A stretch of 39,703 bases of DNA from Nitrospiraceae bacterium (GTDB taxonomy: Bacteria; Nitrospirota; Nitrospiria; Nitrospirales; Nitrospiraceae): positions 1 through 39,703 of the forward strand of contig JBBIQV010000031.1 in assembly GCA_037442105.1 (NCBI GenBank). Direction: 5' to 3'. Under the pieces are notes generated by a model, which was not told where the DNA came from, did no database searches, and saw only the letters and a list, made by a program, of their open reading frames with translations. Position numbers and translations under genes: made by a program. Of this stretch, positions 29,367-37,358 are shown piece after piece; within the stretch, counting starts at the first letter, position 1, and each line of letters starts with the position of its first letter.

Positions 29367-30230
29367 TCAGTCGAACACCACCGTCTTTCGACCGTACACG
29401 AGCACGCGATGCTCGATGTGGCGGCGGACCGCACGGGCCAGCACCATTTCCTCCAAGTCGCGACCCTTTCGCACCAAGTCCTCGACTGTGTCCCGATGGC
29501 CGACGCGGATCACGTCCTGTTCGATGATTGGTCCCTCATCCAAATCCTGTGTGGCATAGTGTGCCGTGGCCCCGATGATCTTGACGCCTCGCTCATAGGC
29601 CTGCCGGTAGGGGTTCGCACCGACAAATGCCGGCAGGAACGAATGGTGAATGTTGATCACGGGACAGCCGAGTTGGGCGATGAACTCGGCGCTGAGAATC
29701 TGCATGTAGCGGGCCATGACGACCAGCTCGACTCGCTGTTCTTTGAGAATCGTCGCGACCTGGCGTTCCTGCTGCGGCTTCGTCTCTTTGGTGACCGGGC
29801 ACACGTGGAAGGGAATCTTGTACAGGTCGGCCCAGCCCGCACAGGTGTCGTGGTTCGAGACAATGACCGGCACGTCGATGGTCAACTCATCCCGTTTCTG
29901 CCGTTGTAAGAGATCCGCCAAACAGTGATCCTGCTTCGAGACCAGGATCCCGACTCTGGTGCGATGACTTGCCAGGTGCACTTCGTACCGCATCTCGAAG
30001 ACCTTGGCGATGGGGGCGAACGCGGGGGCGATGTCGCCGACGGGAATCTGGAAGCCCTCCGTGGCGAACTCCATCCGCATGAGGAAATCGCCCGTTTCCT
30101 CGTCGGTATGGTGATCCGAGTCGAGGATGTTCCCGCCGAAGTCGTGGATGAAGCCCGCCACCCGGGCCACGATTCCCCTGCGGTCTTTGCAGTTGATCAG
30201 CAGGACGACTGAGTCTTTTCTGTGCGCCAT
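29367..30230 (-). CDS. purU: formyltetrahydrofolate deformylase
   Basis: ACT domain; INIHHSFLPAF, GVKIIGATAH, LDEGPIIEQ. Confidence 0.97.
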   Translation of the reverse strand: MAHRKDSVVLLINCKDRRGIVARVAGFIHDFGGNILDSDHHTDEETGDFLMRMEFATEGFQIPVGDIAPAFAPIAKVFEMRYEVHLASHRTRVGILVSKQDHCLADLLQRQKRDELTIDVPVIVSNHDTCAGWADLYKIPFHVCPVTKETKPQQERQVATILKEQRVELVVMARYMQILSAEFIAQLGCPVINIHHSFLPAFVGANPYRQAYERGVKIIGATAHYATQDLDEGPIIEQDVIRVGHRDTVEDLVRKGRDLEEMVLARAVRRHIEHRVLVYGRKTVVFD

Positions 30231-30241
30231 GAGCGTGACGG

Positions 30242-31744
30242 CTACGTGACGAGGTGCCCGACGAGGTCGTACCCCGCTGCATCGGTGATCTCGACCTTCA
30301 CAAAATCCCCCGCTGCGGCAGAACCATCATTGAGATAGACGACGCCGTCGATCTCCGGCGCCAATCCTTCGTGTCGTCCTTCGAGCAACAAGTCGGTTTC
30401 TTCGGAGACGCCGTCAACCAAGACCTCCATCACGGAGCCGATCTTGGCGCGGCCCCTGGCGGCGGCGATGCCTTCTTGAATGGCAAGAATCTCGTTGCGA
30501 CGCTCTTCCATGACGGATCGTTCGGTCTTGTCCTCCATCGAGACTGCAAGGGTGTCCTCTTCGTCCGAATAGAGAAACACCGCCACGCGATCGAACTCAG
30601 CCTGCGCCACGTATGTCCTCAGCTCGTCGAATGCCTGTTCCGTTTCCCCCGGGAACCCCACGATGAACGCCGTCCGGAAGGTCACACCGGGAATGCGCGT
30701 CCGAATCCGGTCCACGAGCGTTGTAATGGCCGCGCGATCGCCGAGGCGATGCATCCGCCTGAGCATGCGATCGTTGATGTGCTGAAGCGGCATGTCGATG
30801 TACTTCGTGAGCTTCTCCTCACCCGCATAGAGATCCAGCAACTCGTCCGTGACCTGCTGCGGGTAGAGATAGAACGGCCTGATCCAGCGGACCCCCTTCA
30901 CTTTGACCAACTCGCGCAAGAGCGACGTGAGCCCCTGCCTGAGGCCCAGGTCCACCCCGTAGTTGATTGTGTCCTGGGAAATGAGATTGATCTCTTTCAC
31001 GCCTTCCGTGGCCAGGCGGGTCGCTTCTGCAACAATCGATTCGATGGGCCGGCTCCGTTGTTTGCCGCGCATGAGCGGAATCGCGCAGAAGGAGCAGTTG
31101 CGATTGCAGCCCTCGGCGATCTTCACATAGGCGCTGTGGGGCTTGCCGAGCCGGAGCCGCGGCGCCTGCTCGTCGTAGAGATAGGGAGGTTGGCTCATCC
31201 AGAGCCGTTGGTGCCGCCGAGCCGGTTTCAGCAAGCTCCGGCAAATGTCTGCGATCTTGCCGAACTCGCCGGTCCCGACCACGCCGTCCAGCTCGGGCAA
31301 TTCTTTGAGCAGTTCCCCCTGATACCGCTGAGCCAAACAGCCGGCTGCAATGAGCACGCGGCAGGTCCCGGCCTTCTTGAGCTTCCCGTGCTCGATGATG
31401 GCATTGATCGATTCCTGCTTGGCTTCTTCGATAAAGCCGCAGGTATTGACGATGACCACCTCGGCCTTTTGGGGATCAGCCGTCAATTCGAAGCCGTCCT
31501 GGACGAGGGTGCCCAGCATCACTTCGGAATCGACCTGGTTCTTGGAACAACCCAGGTTGACAAAGCCGATGGTGGTCTTCAGGGGACTGGCCGGGGACTG
31601 GCCCCCTTCAGCCTGGGGCCTGTCCCCTTGCCCACATGGGGACTGCCGCGACGCGAAACGCGAAGAAGCGCGGCAGTCCCCTGGCTGGTGCCTGTCCCCT
31701 TTCCCCGTTGGTTCATGTTTCATGGGAAGCGCTTTCCGTGCCAT
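30242..31744 (-). CDS. rimO: ribosomal protein S12 methylthiotransferase with repeat-derived N-terminal insert
   Basis: LGCSKNQVDSE, NTCGFI, GCLAQRY, CNRNCSFC radical SAM motif, APEIDG TRAM domain. Confidence 0.95.
   Translation of the reverse strand: MARKALPMKHEPTGKGDRHQPGDCRASSRFASRQSPCGQGDRPQAEGGQSPASPLKTTIGFVNLGCSKNQVDSEVMLGTLVQDGFELTADPQKAEVVIVNTCGFIEEAKQESINAIIEHGKLKKAGTCRVLIAAGCLAQRYQGELLKELPELDGVVGTGEFGKIADICRSLLKPARRHQRLWMSQPPYLYDEQAPRLRLGKPHSAYVKIAEGCNRNCSFCAIPLMRGKQRSRPIESIVAEATRLATEGVKEINLISQDTINYGVDLGLRQGLTSLLRELVKVKGVRWIRPFYLYPQQVTDELLDLYAGEEKLTKYIDMPLQHINDRMLRRMHRLGDRAAITTLVDRIRTRIPGVTFRTAFIVGFPGETEQAFDELRTYVAQAEFDRVAVFLYSDEEDTLAVSMEDKTERSVMEERRNEILAIQEGIAAARGRAKIGSVMEVLVDGVSEETDLLLEGRHEGLAPEIDGVVYLNDGSAAAGDFVKVEITDAAGYDLVGHLVT
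31582..31699. repeat. REP-like palindrome cluster (GGGGACWG...) inside rimO
   Basis: GGGGACTGGCCCC/GGGGCCTGTCCCC hairpin; perfect 13-bp IR 31638-31650/31669-31681; GGTGCCTGTCCCC. Confidence 0.85.
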
Positions 31745-31750
31745 GCGCGC

Positions 31751-31780
31751 AGTCTACGGGACCCCTGAAAAGACTGTCAA
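31751..31780 (-). promoter_or_regulatory. sigma70 promoter for leaderless rimO
   Basis: TTGACA-18 nt-TAGACT-6 nt-ATG. Confidence 0.7.
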
Positions 31781-31793
31781 CCGCGCTGGACGC

Positions 31794-31822
31794 TTGATTC
31801 ACCATGCCAATTAACTTAGAGT
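31794..31822 (+). promoter_or_regulatory. divergent sigma70-type promoter
   Basis: TTGATT-17 nt-TAGAGT. Confidence 0.5.
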
Positions 31823-31874
31823 CCCCACACCTTTCCCTTTTTCACTTTGCCTTTTGAATTGCACCGGAGGCGCC

Positions 31875-32414
31875 ATGATCCGCACCTTTCAAGGCATTAA
31901 GCCGACGATTCCGAAGTCCTGCTTCATCGAAGAAACCGCAGTGGTCATCGGCGATGTGGTGATGGGTGAGGATTGCAGCGCCTGGTTCCATGCTGTGATT
32001 CGCGGCGACGTGAACTACATCCGGATCGGTCATCGGACGAACATCCAGGACCTCTGCATGCTCCATGTGACCCACGACACGGCCCCTCTGATTATCGGCG
32101 AGGAGGTCACGATCGGCCACCACGTCGTGCTCCACGGCTGTACGGTCAAGGATCGGGTGCTGATCGGCATGGGGGCCATCATCATGGACGGAGCCGAAAT
32201 CGGCGAGGATTCGGTAGTGGGCGCCGGAGCTCTCGTGACCGAGGGAACTATCGTCCCACCCAAAAGCCTGATTCTTGGTTCGCCTGCCAAAGTGAAGCGG
32301 CCGGTGATGGACCGTGAATTGGTGTGGATCAAAGAATCGGCGGAGAATTATGTCCGCTATGCCGGGCAGTACCTCTCCGATCCGCACAAAGTCAGGCCGG
32401 GCTTCAACCCGTAG
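31875..32414 (+). CDS. gamma-carbonic anhydrase family protein (YrdA-like)
   Basis: RGD, NIQD, LH, IGH, LHGC metal His residues; hexapeptide repeats; GGAGG RBS. Confidence 0.93.
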   Translation: MIRTFQGIKPTIPKSCFIEETAVVIGDVVMGEDCSAWFHAVIRGDVNYIRIGHRTNIQDLCMLHVTHDTAPLIIGEEVTIGHHVVLHGCTVKDRVLIGMGAIIMDGAEIGEDSVVGAGALVTEGTIVPPKSLILGSPAKVKRPVMDRELVWIKESAENYVRYAGQYLSDPHKVRPGFNP

Positions 32415-33161
32415 CTACACTCTTGCCCGTTTCTTTCTGCGTTCGCCGCGTGCCACTGGCTCCTTGCCTCCTATTCGAATGAAACAGATCGGGTCGCCGA
32501 CCAGCGCCGTCTGGTATAGCCGCCGTTCGACCAGATATGGGATGCGATGGCGGTGGCACCAGTCTGCGATCCAGACCACTTCCTCTGTCGAAGTCGTGAC
32601 GAGCCCCGGCAAAGACAGCTTGGGCATGCAGCGATCGACCAGCGTTTGGACAATCCTCCGCTCCTTTTGAAAACGCTTCGGATCGAACGTGACGGGGTCG
32701 GCCCGTCCGTAGGACAACGGCGCCAGGTGAGGAAACCGTTCAGGATCATTCAGCACGCTCACGATCCAGAGATGGTCGAAGCGACCGGGGGTTTTGCCGG
32801 CATCCTCAGCGCGAAAACGAAAGGGCAGCGACCGGCAGGCACGATTCAACACCCGCACCTCGCGGCGGCGGAGGTTATAGGCTGACACCTGCCGCGCCAG
32901 ATCCAATGTCTCCATCACCAAGGCTGGGATTTCCGCCACCCCGGCACCGACATAGAGACTGTTCCCACCTGGCCTCAACTTTCTCATCAACACTTCGGCC
33001 AGTTTGATCCCTAATCGCTGACAGGGCTTCCACTTCGCACGCCAGAACTCCTCGCCGCCCTCGTGGCAATAGATAGGACCAAGCTCGGAGTAATCCAGAC
33101 GATGAAAGATCTCGGTGATGAGATGACGCGTTGAATTTCGGATCTGCTTCACCGGCATCAC
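32415..33161 (-). CDS. hypothetical protein, possible SAM-dependent methyltransferase fold
   Basis: LYVGAGVAE glycine motif; AEDA and FDHLW resemble class I MTase motifs. Confidence 0.6.
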   Translation of the reverse strand: MMPVKQIRNSTRHLITEIFHRLDYSELGPIYCHEGGEEFWRAKWKPCQRLGIKLAEVLMRKLRPGGNSLYVGAGVAEIPALVMETLDLARQVSAYNLRRREVRVLNRACRSLPFRFRAEDAGKTPGRFDHLWIVSVLNDPERFPHLAPLSYGRADPVTFDPKRFQKERRIVQTLVDRCMPKLSLPGLVTTSTEEVVWIADWCHRHRIPYLVERRLYQTALVGDPICFIRIGGKEPVARGERRKKRARV

Positions 33162-33461
33162 GGATTTATCTCACAAGGGTGTGTGCAAAATCGATGGGCC
33201 GTCTTCTTCCTCGACCGCTCTCCGGGGAAAAACGCATCGCAACCGCTCTCCGCTTTGTGGAGGCCTTTCCAGCCATCTCCACGTTGAAATCGAGCCACAG
33301 GGCGTGTGCCGTCGGAGAAGACTTGCATCAAACTCTGCCGTCAGCCTCGGAATGTGAGCCTCCGCGAGGGTCGCAATCCGCGCCAGGCACAACTCCTTGA
33401 CCAGACTAATGAAAAAATGCGCTCGCTCGACGGGCGCAGAAAGCCGGTCAGTTTGCTTTCT

Positions 33462-34961
33462 CTACACCAGGCCGAGGAGTGGGCACAGAAACCGGAGGGT
33501 CAGCCAGATGACCACCGCGCCGAGCAGATCGAAGAGCAGCCCGTCACGGATCATGTACTTCATTGGAACAAGACCGGTTCCATAGACGATGGCGTTGGGC
33601 GCAGTCGAGGTGGGGAGGGCAAACCCGAAGCTTGCCGCGAAGCAGGCTCCGAGGGCGGGAGGAACCGGCGAGACTCCGGCTGAGTGAGCGATTGCGATGA
33701 CCAAGGGGATCACCATACTGGCAGTCGCCGTATTCGACATCAGTTCGCTCACCAGCACGGCCAGCATGATCGACACGGCCGTGAGGCTCCACACCGTTTG
33801 ACTCCCGAAAAGCGAGATAAATCCCCGACCCAGCGAGTGCGAGAGTCCCGTCCGTACCATGAGGTCGCCGAACGCCAGTCCGCCTCCGAATAAGAGGATC
33901 ACACCCCAGTTGATGGCGGTTGCTTGTTTCCAGGAGAGCGTAAACTCGGCGCGATACAGGTCCGTTGGAAGGATGAAGAGGAGCCCAGCCGCCAGAAGAG
34001 CCACCACTTCGTTCGGCAAGTGGGTGTTGAGCCAAACCGCAAGTAGGCTGCCGGATCCCCACACGGCTGCCAGGAATCCCGGCAAGAGCCACAGACCGAC
34101 CGCCGTCCCAAAGACTAGGGATGCGTTCACTTGGCCACGAGTCCAGGGGCCGAGGGTCTCTTGCTGTTCACGAAGCTTTCGTGCGACACCAGCGACCGAG
34201 GATGATTCCAGCGGATGAAGCCGCCACAAGATTCTCCACGCCACCATCAGCGCGATGAGGGCAAGCGGGCAGCCGATGGCCATCCAGGTCGCAAACGAGA
34301 TGGTCACGCTCGCTTGCTCGGCGATCAATCCTACCCCGATCAGGTTCGGAGGTGTTCCGATGGGCGTCGCCAAGCCACCGGCTGTCGCTGCATAGGACAG
34401 CATCAGCATCAGACCGGTCCGGTATCCTCCACGGTCGACTGACGGGTCTCCTCGAATTGTGCGCGCCATGCCCAGCGTAATCGGCAGCATCAGCGCCGTC
34501 GTGGCCGCGTTGCTGATCCACATGGAAATTACTGCTGTCACGCCTCCGAGCGCCAGGAGGATACGGGGAGCATGCCCCCCGCCCCAGGCCAAGGACAACA
34601 CCCACCTGGCGAATCGCTGATCGACTCCATGGACCGTCATTGCTTCCGCCAGGAGAAAGCTTCCGATGAACAGGAACACGATCGGATGCGCGTAGGAGGC
34701 GAACACCGTTTTCGCCGGCGCGATCCCTGCCAGCACACACGAGGCGGCGCCAAGCAACGCGGTGATGGACAAGGGAATCGGTTCCGCGATCCAGTAGCAC
34801 ACCACCCAGGCTAAGATCGCAGCGAGGGTATGTTCGGCTGGTGTTGGGACAGGCAGCGGAGCGAAGTAGACAAACGCCGCGACAATCGGGCCGACGACAA
34901 ACCCGGCGGTTCGTTTGATTTGCTCCAGCCGTCTCGGCTCGGCTGTGACTGGCGCTGCGAT
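33462..34961 (-). CDS. DASS/SLC13-family Na+/anion symporter (start codon anomalous)
   Basis: SMWISNAAT, TPIGTPPN, ELMSNTA, STAPNAIV motifs; frame open to 34997; first canonical start is GTG34805. Confidence 0.88.
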   Translation of the reverse strand: MAAPVTAEPRRLEQIKRTAGFVVGPIVAAFVYFAPLPVPTPAEHTLAAILAWVVCYWIAEPIPLSITALLGAASCVLAGIAPAKTVFASYAHPIVFLFIGSFLLAEAMTVHGVDQRFARWVLSLAWGGGHAPRILLALGGVTAVISMWISNAATTALMLPITLGMARTIRGDPSVDRGGYRTGLMLMLSYAATAGGLATPIGTPPNLIGVGLIAEQASVTISFATWMAIGCPLALIALMVAWRILWRLHPLESSSVAGVARKLREQQETLGPWTRGQVNASLVFGTAVGLWLLPGFLAAVWGSGSLLAVWLNTHLPNEVVALLAAGLLFILPTDLYRAEFTLSWKQATAINWGVILLFGGGLAFGDLMVRTGLSHSLGRGFISLFGSQTVWSLTAVSIMLAVLVSELMSNTATASMVIPLVIAIAHSAGVSPVPPALGACFAASFGFALPTSTAPNAIVYGTGLVPMKYMIRDGLLFDLLGAVVIWLTLRFLCPLLGLV

Positions 34962-34997
34962 GGCGGTCTCCGCGAGGAATGGGCGTTCAGGTGACGA

Positions 34998-35573
34998 TCA
35001 GCCATCCGGCCGTTCAGGGGCTGTTTCGGCTGCGGCAGGCGGGGCAGGGCGTTTGCGGACCATGAACACAGCGAACACTAGCACAAGGATAACAGCCACG
35101 TTCAACCCGACGTCCATGAGGTAATGATTGAACTGGTCGTTCGTCACTTCCGGCAGATGGGACAGTTCCGCGCTGGCGGTCAGGATGCGTCTCGTGCAAG
35201 CGATGATCCCCACCGCTAAGTATGGTTCCAGCGCCAGGACGCCGGTTTGGAGAAATCGGATGACCGTCCGATACAGCTCAAGGAGAATGATGACCAGGAG
35301 AAGGTCGTTGAGCAGCCTCAGCCCGGCCGGCAACAGGCCGACGTGCGACGCACCTTTGACGAAGAGCCACCAGCTATGCACAAAGATCAACATCCCCAAG
35401 ACCAACAAGCTTAAACCGGCCGTCACATAGCCCCAGACGTCGAACCACTCCATCCAGGAAACGACCCGGCATGGCCAGTGCTTGACCACGGATGCACGGG
35501 CAGCCATCATCCTGCTTGAGAAGAGTTGAGCTGACCCGGGATTGCTACCCACCTCGTTTTTCTGCTGGCTCAT
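34998..35573 (-). CDS. phosphate-starvation-inducible PsiE-family membrane protein
   Basis: LLNDLLLVIILLELYRTV...EPYLAVGIIACTRRIL; 4 TM. Confidence 0.8.
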   Translation of the reverse strand: MSQQKNEVGSNPGSAQLFSSRMMAARASVVKHWPCRVVSWMEWFDVWGYVTAGLSLLVLGMLIFVHSWWLFVKGASHVGLLPAGLRLLNDLLLVIILLELYRTVIRFLQTGVLALEPYLAVGIIACTRRILTASAELSHLPEVTNDQFNHYLMDVGLNVAVILVLVFAVFMVRKRPAPPAAAETAPERPDG

Positions 35574-35601
35574 GTTCTTACTCTTCGTGCAGTCGTGTCG
35601 C

Positions 35602-35988
35602 TCACGCCGTACCAGACGGACCACAATCTTCAGGCGAGGGGCCCCGCATCCGGCCGTATCCGAGTTCTCGAACAGCGTCAATCGTTAAAGAATGCCCGCA
35701 GCAACGGATCTCCTTGAAACCGGCTCCGCCGGCCAGAATCATGACCCGGAGCCCGCACGAGTTGGGATAAAGGACCTTCTCTTCAAGCACCACGGCCGGC
35801 AGCAAGGTCCCCGTTTTTCTTCCCGCTGAGGATCCCATGTCCGCAACCACGTCCTCTTCGGTCAACTCATGTCCGCAGCAGATGATCTTCTCAAATCCCT
35901 CGCCGCCCCCCATCACCTTCACAACGAGACCGCATGAATCCGGATGGCGCTTGCGCTCGTCGATGATGTCGCCCTTCTTCACCGCCAT
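35602..35988 (-). CDS. tandem desulforedoxin-like domain protein
   Basis: two SCGL.V..(GG)...I.CCGH.L repeats; GGAG RBS. Confidence 0.75.
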   Translation of the reverse strand: MAVKKGDIIDERKRHPDSCGLVVKVMGGGEGFEKIICCGHELTEEDVVADMGSSAGRKTGTLLPAVVLEEKVLYPNSCGLRVMILAGGAGFKEIRCCGHSLTIDAVRELGYGRMRGPSPEDCGPSGTA

Positions 35989-36128
35989 CAGCGTCCGACT
36001 CCATTCCTCGCAGCAACAGGGCCCTTAGCTAGCAGATCGCTGGACGCAAAGTCCAGGGAATTGTTGGGGAAGACACGAAGCGGCAGGGCGGTGACCGGTG
36101 GGGCGGAGCGCGCTTCTTGTGGCGATCG

Positions 36129-37229
36129 TTACACGTGGGTTTGCCGGAGACGGTCCTTGGCTTGAAAAATGGAGGTGAGCAGCGCCTTGTGAGTTCGGCA
36201 ACCGACGATCAATCGGGCGTCCGAGATCGTGACCGGCTTGTAAGGATGGAGGAACCGTTCTTTGAGTCGCGCAATGCGCGCGAGCGACGCTTCCAAGCGC
36301 GCTTCCGTGATGGTGCCGTCTTTTATCGCCGCTTCCATTGCCCTGATCGCGGCTATCTCCCGGTCCATATCCTTACAGATCAGGAGGATGTCGCAGCCGG
36401 CGAGGAAGGCCCGCACCGCCGCATCGTCGATCCCATAGTGATCGATGATCGCGTGCATCTCGAGATCGTCGGTGAGGACGACGCCGTCGAACCGATATTC
36501 TCCGCGGAGCATCGTATTAATGATCATGGGTGAAAGGGTCGCCGGCGCCTGTGCATCGAGCGCGTGATAGAGCACATGCGCCGTCATCAGCGTTGCCACC
36601 CCGTTCTCGATTGCATGCAGGAAGGGGCGCAGTTCGACTTCGCGCAGCCGGTCGAGCGGGGCGGTCACGACGGGGAGTACTTTATGGGAATCGGCTATCG
36701 TGTCTCCGTGGCCGGGGAAATGCTTTCCGCAGGCCACCACCTTGTTGTCCTGGAGACCGGCGAGCGTGGTGAGTCCCATCTCACAGACGATCGCCGGCGT
36801 CGAGCTGAACGCCCGGTCCCCGATCACCGGATTGCCGGGGTTGCTGTTCACATCCAGCACCGGCGCCATATTCATATTGATCCCCACCGACCGAAGTTCA
36901 GCCGCGATGGTCGCCGCGGCTGCATAAGCCAGCTCGCATGAGCGCACCTGCCCCAGCACCTCGCAGGGGGGAAAGATCGTGAACCCCTTGGGCAGACGCG
37001 AGACTCGCCCGCCTTCCTGGTCGATGGAGATCAGCAAGGGCGACTGGGGCGAGAGTCGCTGCAGATCGTTGGTCAGTGTGACGATCTGCTCGGTCGATTC
37101 CAGGTTCCGGCTGAACAGAATGACGCCGCCAGGCTTATATTCCTTGAGGAAGGCCGCCAGTTCGTGCGACACCGAGGTTCCTGTGAACCCCACCATGAAA
37201 AGCTGGCCGATTTTTTCGCGCAGGGTCAT
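36129..37229 (-). CDS. nagZ: beta-N-acetylhexosaminidase (GH3)
   Basis: IDQEGGRVSR, APVLD, KHFPGHGD...DSH, TDDLEM. Confidence 0.93.
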   Translation of the reverse strand: MTLREKIGQLFMVGFTGTSVSHELAAFLKEYKPGGVILFSRNLESTEQIVTLTNDLQRLSPQSPLLISIDQEGGRVSRLPKGFTIFPPCEVLGQVRSCELAYAAAATIAAELRSVGINMNMAPVLDVNSNPGNPVIGDRAFSSTPAIVCEMGLTTLAGLQDNKVVACGKHFPGHGDTIADSHKVLPVVTAPLDRLREVELRPFLHAIENGVATLMTAHVLYHALDAQAPATLSPMIINTMLRGEYRFDGVVLTDDLEMHAIIDHYGIDDAAVRAFLAGCDILLICKDMDREIAAIRAMEAAIKDGTITEARLEASLARIARLKERFLHPYKPVTISDARLIVGCRTHKALLTSIFQAKDRLRQTHV

Positions 37230-37244
37230 GGACACCGATCAAGA

Positions 37245-37330
37245 GCGACAGGGTTCGACTCTGTGCTCGCGCAGCCCGCACGATGAAACTGTGCTCGCTG
37301 GACGCGCGCAGTAGAGTCAAACCCTGTCGC
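37245..37330. repeat. 86-bp palindromic intergenic element (REP/MITE-like)
   Basis: terminal IR GCGACAGGGTT-c-GACTCT / AGAGTC-a-AACCCTGTCGC; internal direct repeat CTGTGCTCGC x2. Confidence 0.75.
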
Positions 37331-37358
37331 CCTTCTCTTCTTTTTCAACATCCTTCCA

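Noticed and set aside
30254..31768. 504-aa plus-strand ORF
   Set aside because: Antisense shadow of rimO in GC-rich DNA; no recognisable motifs
33171..33392. 73-aa minus-strand ORF with an AAGGAG upstream
   Set aside because: No motif and atypical composition; cannot support as a gene or as a structured RNA
34998..35000. Selenocysteine recoding of the in-frame TGA between PsiE and DASS
   Set aside because: No convincing SECIS hairpin after the UGA, and the position is in a low-complexity linker, not a catalytic site
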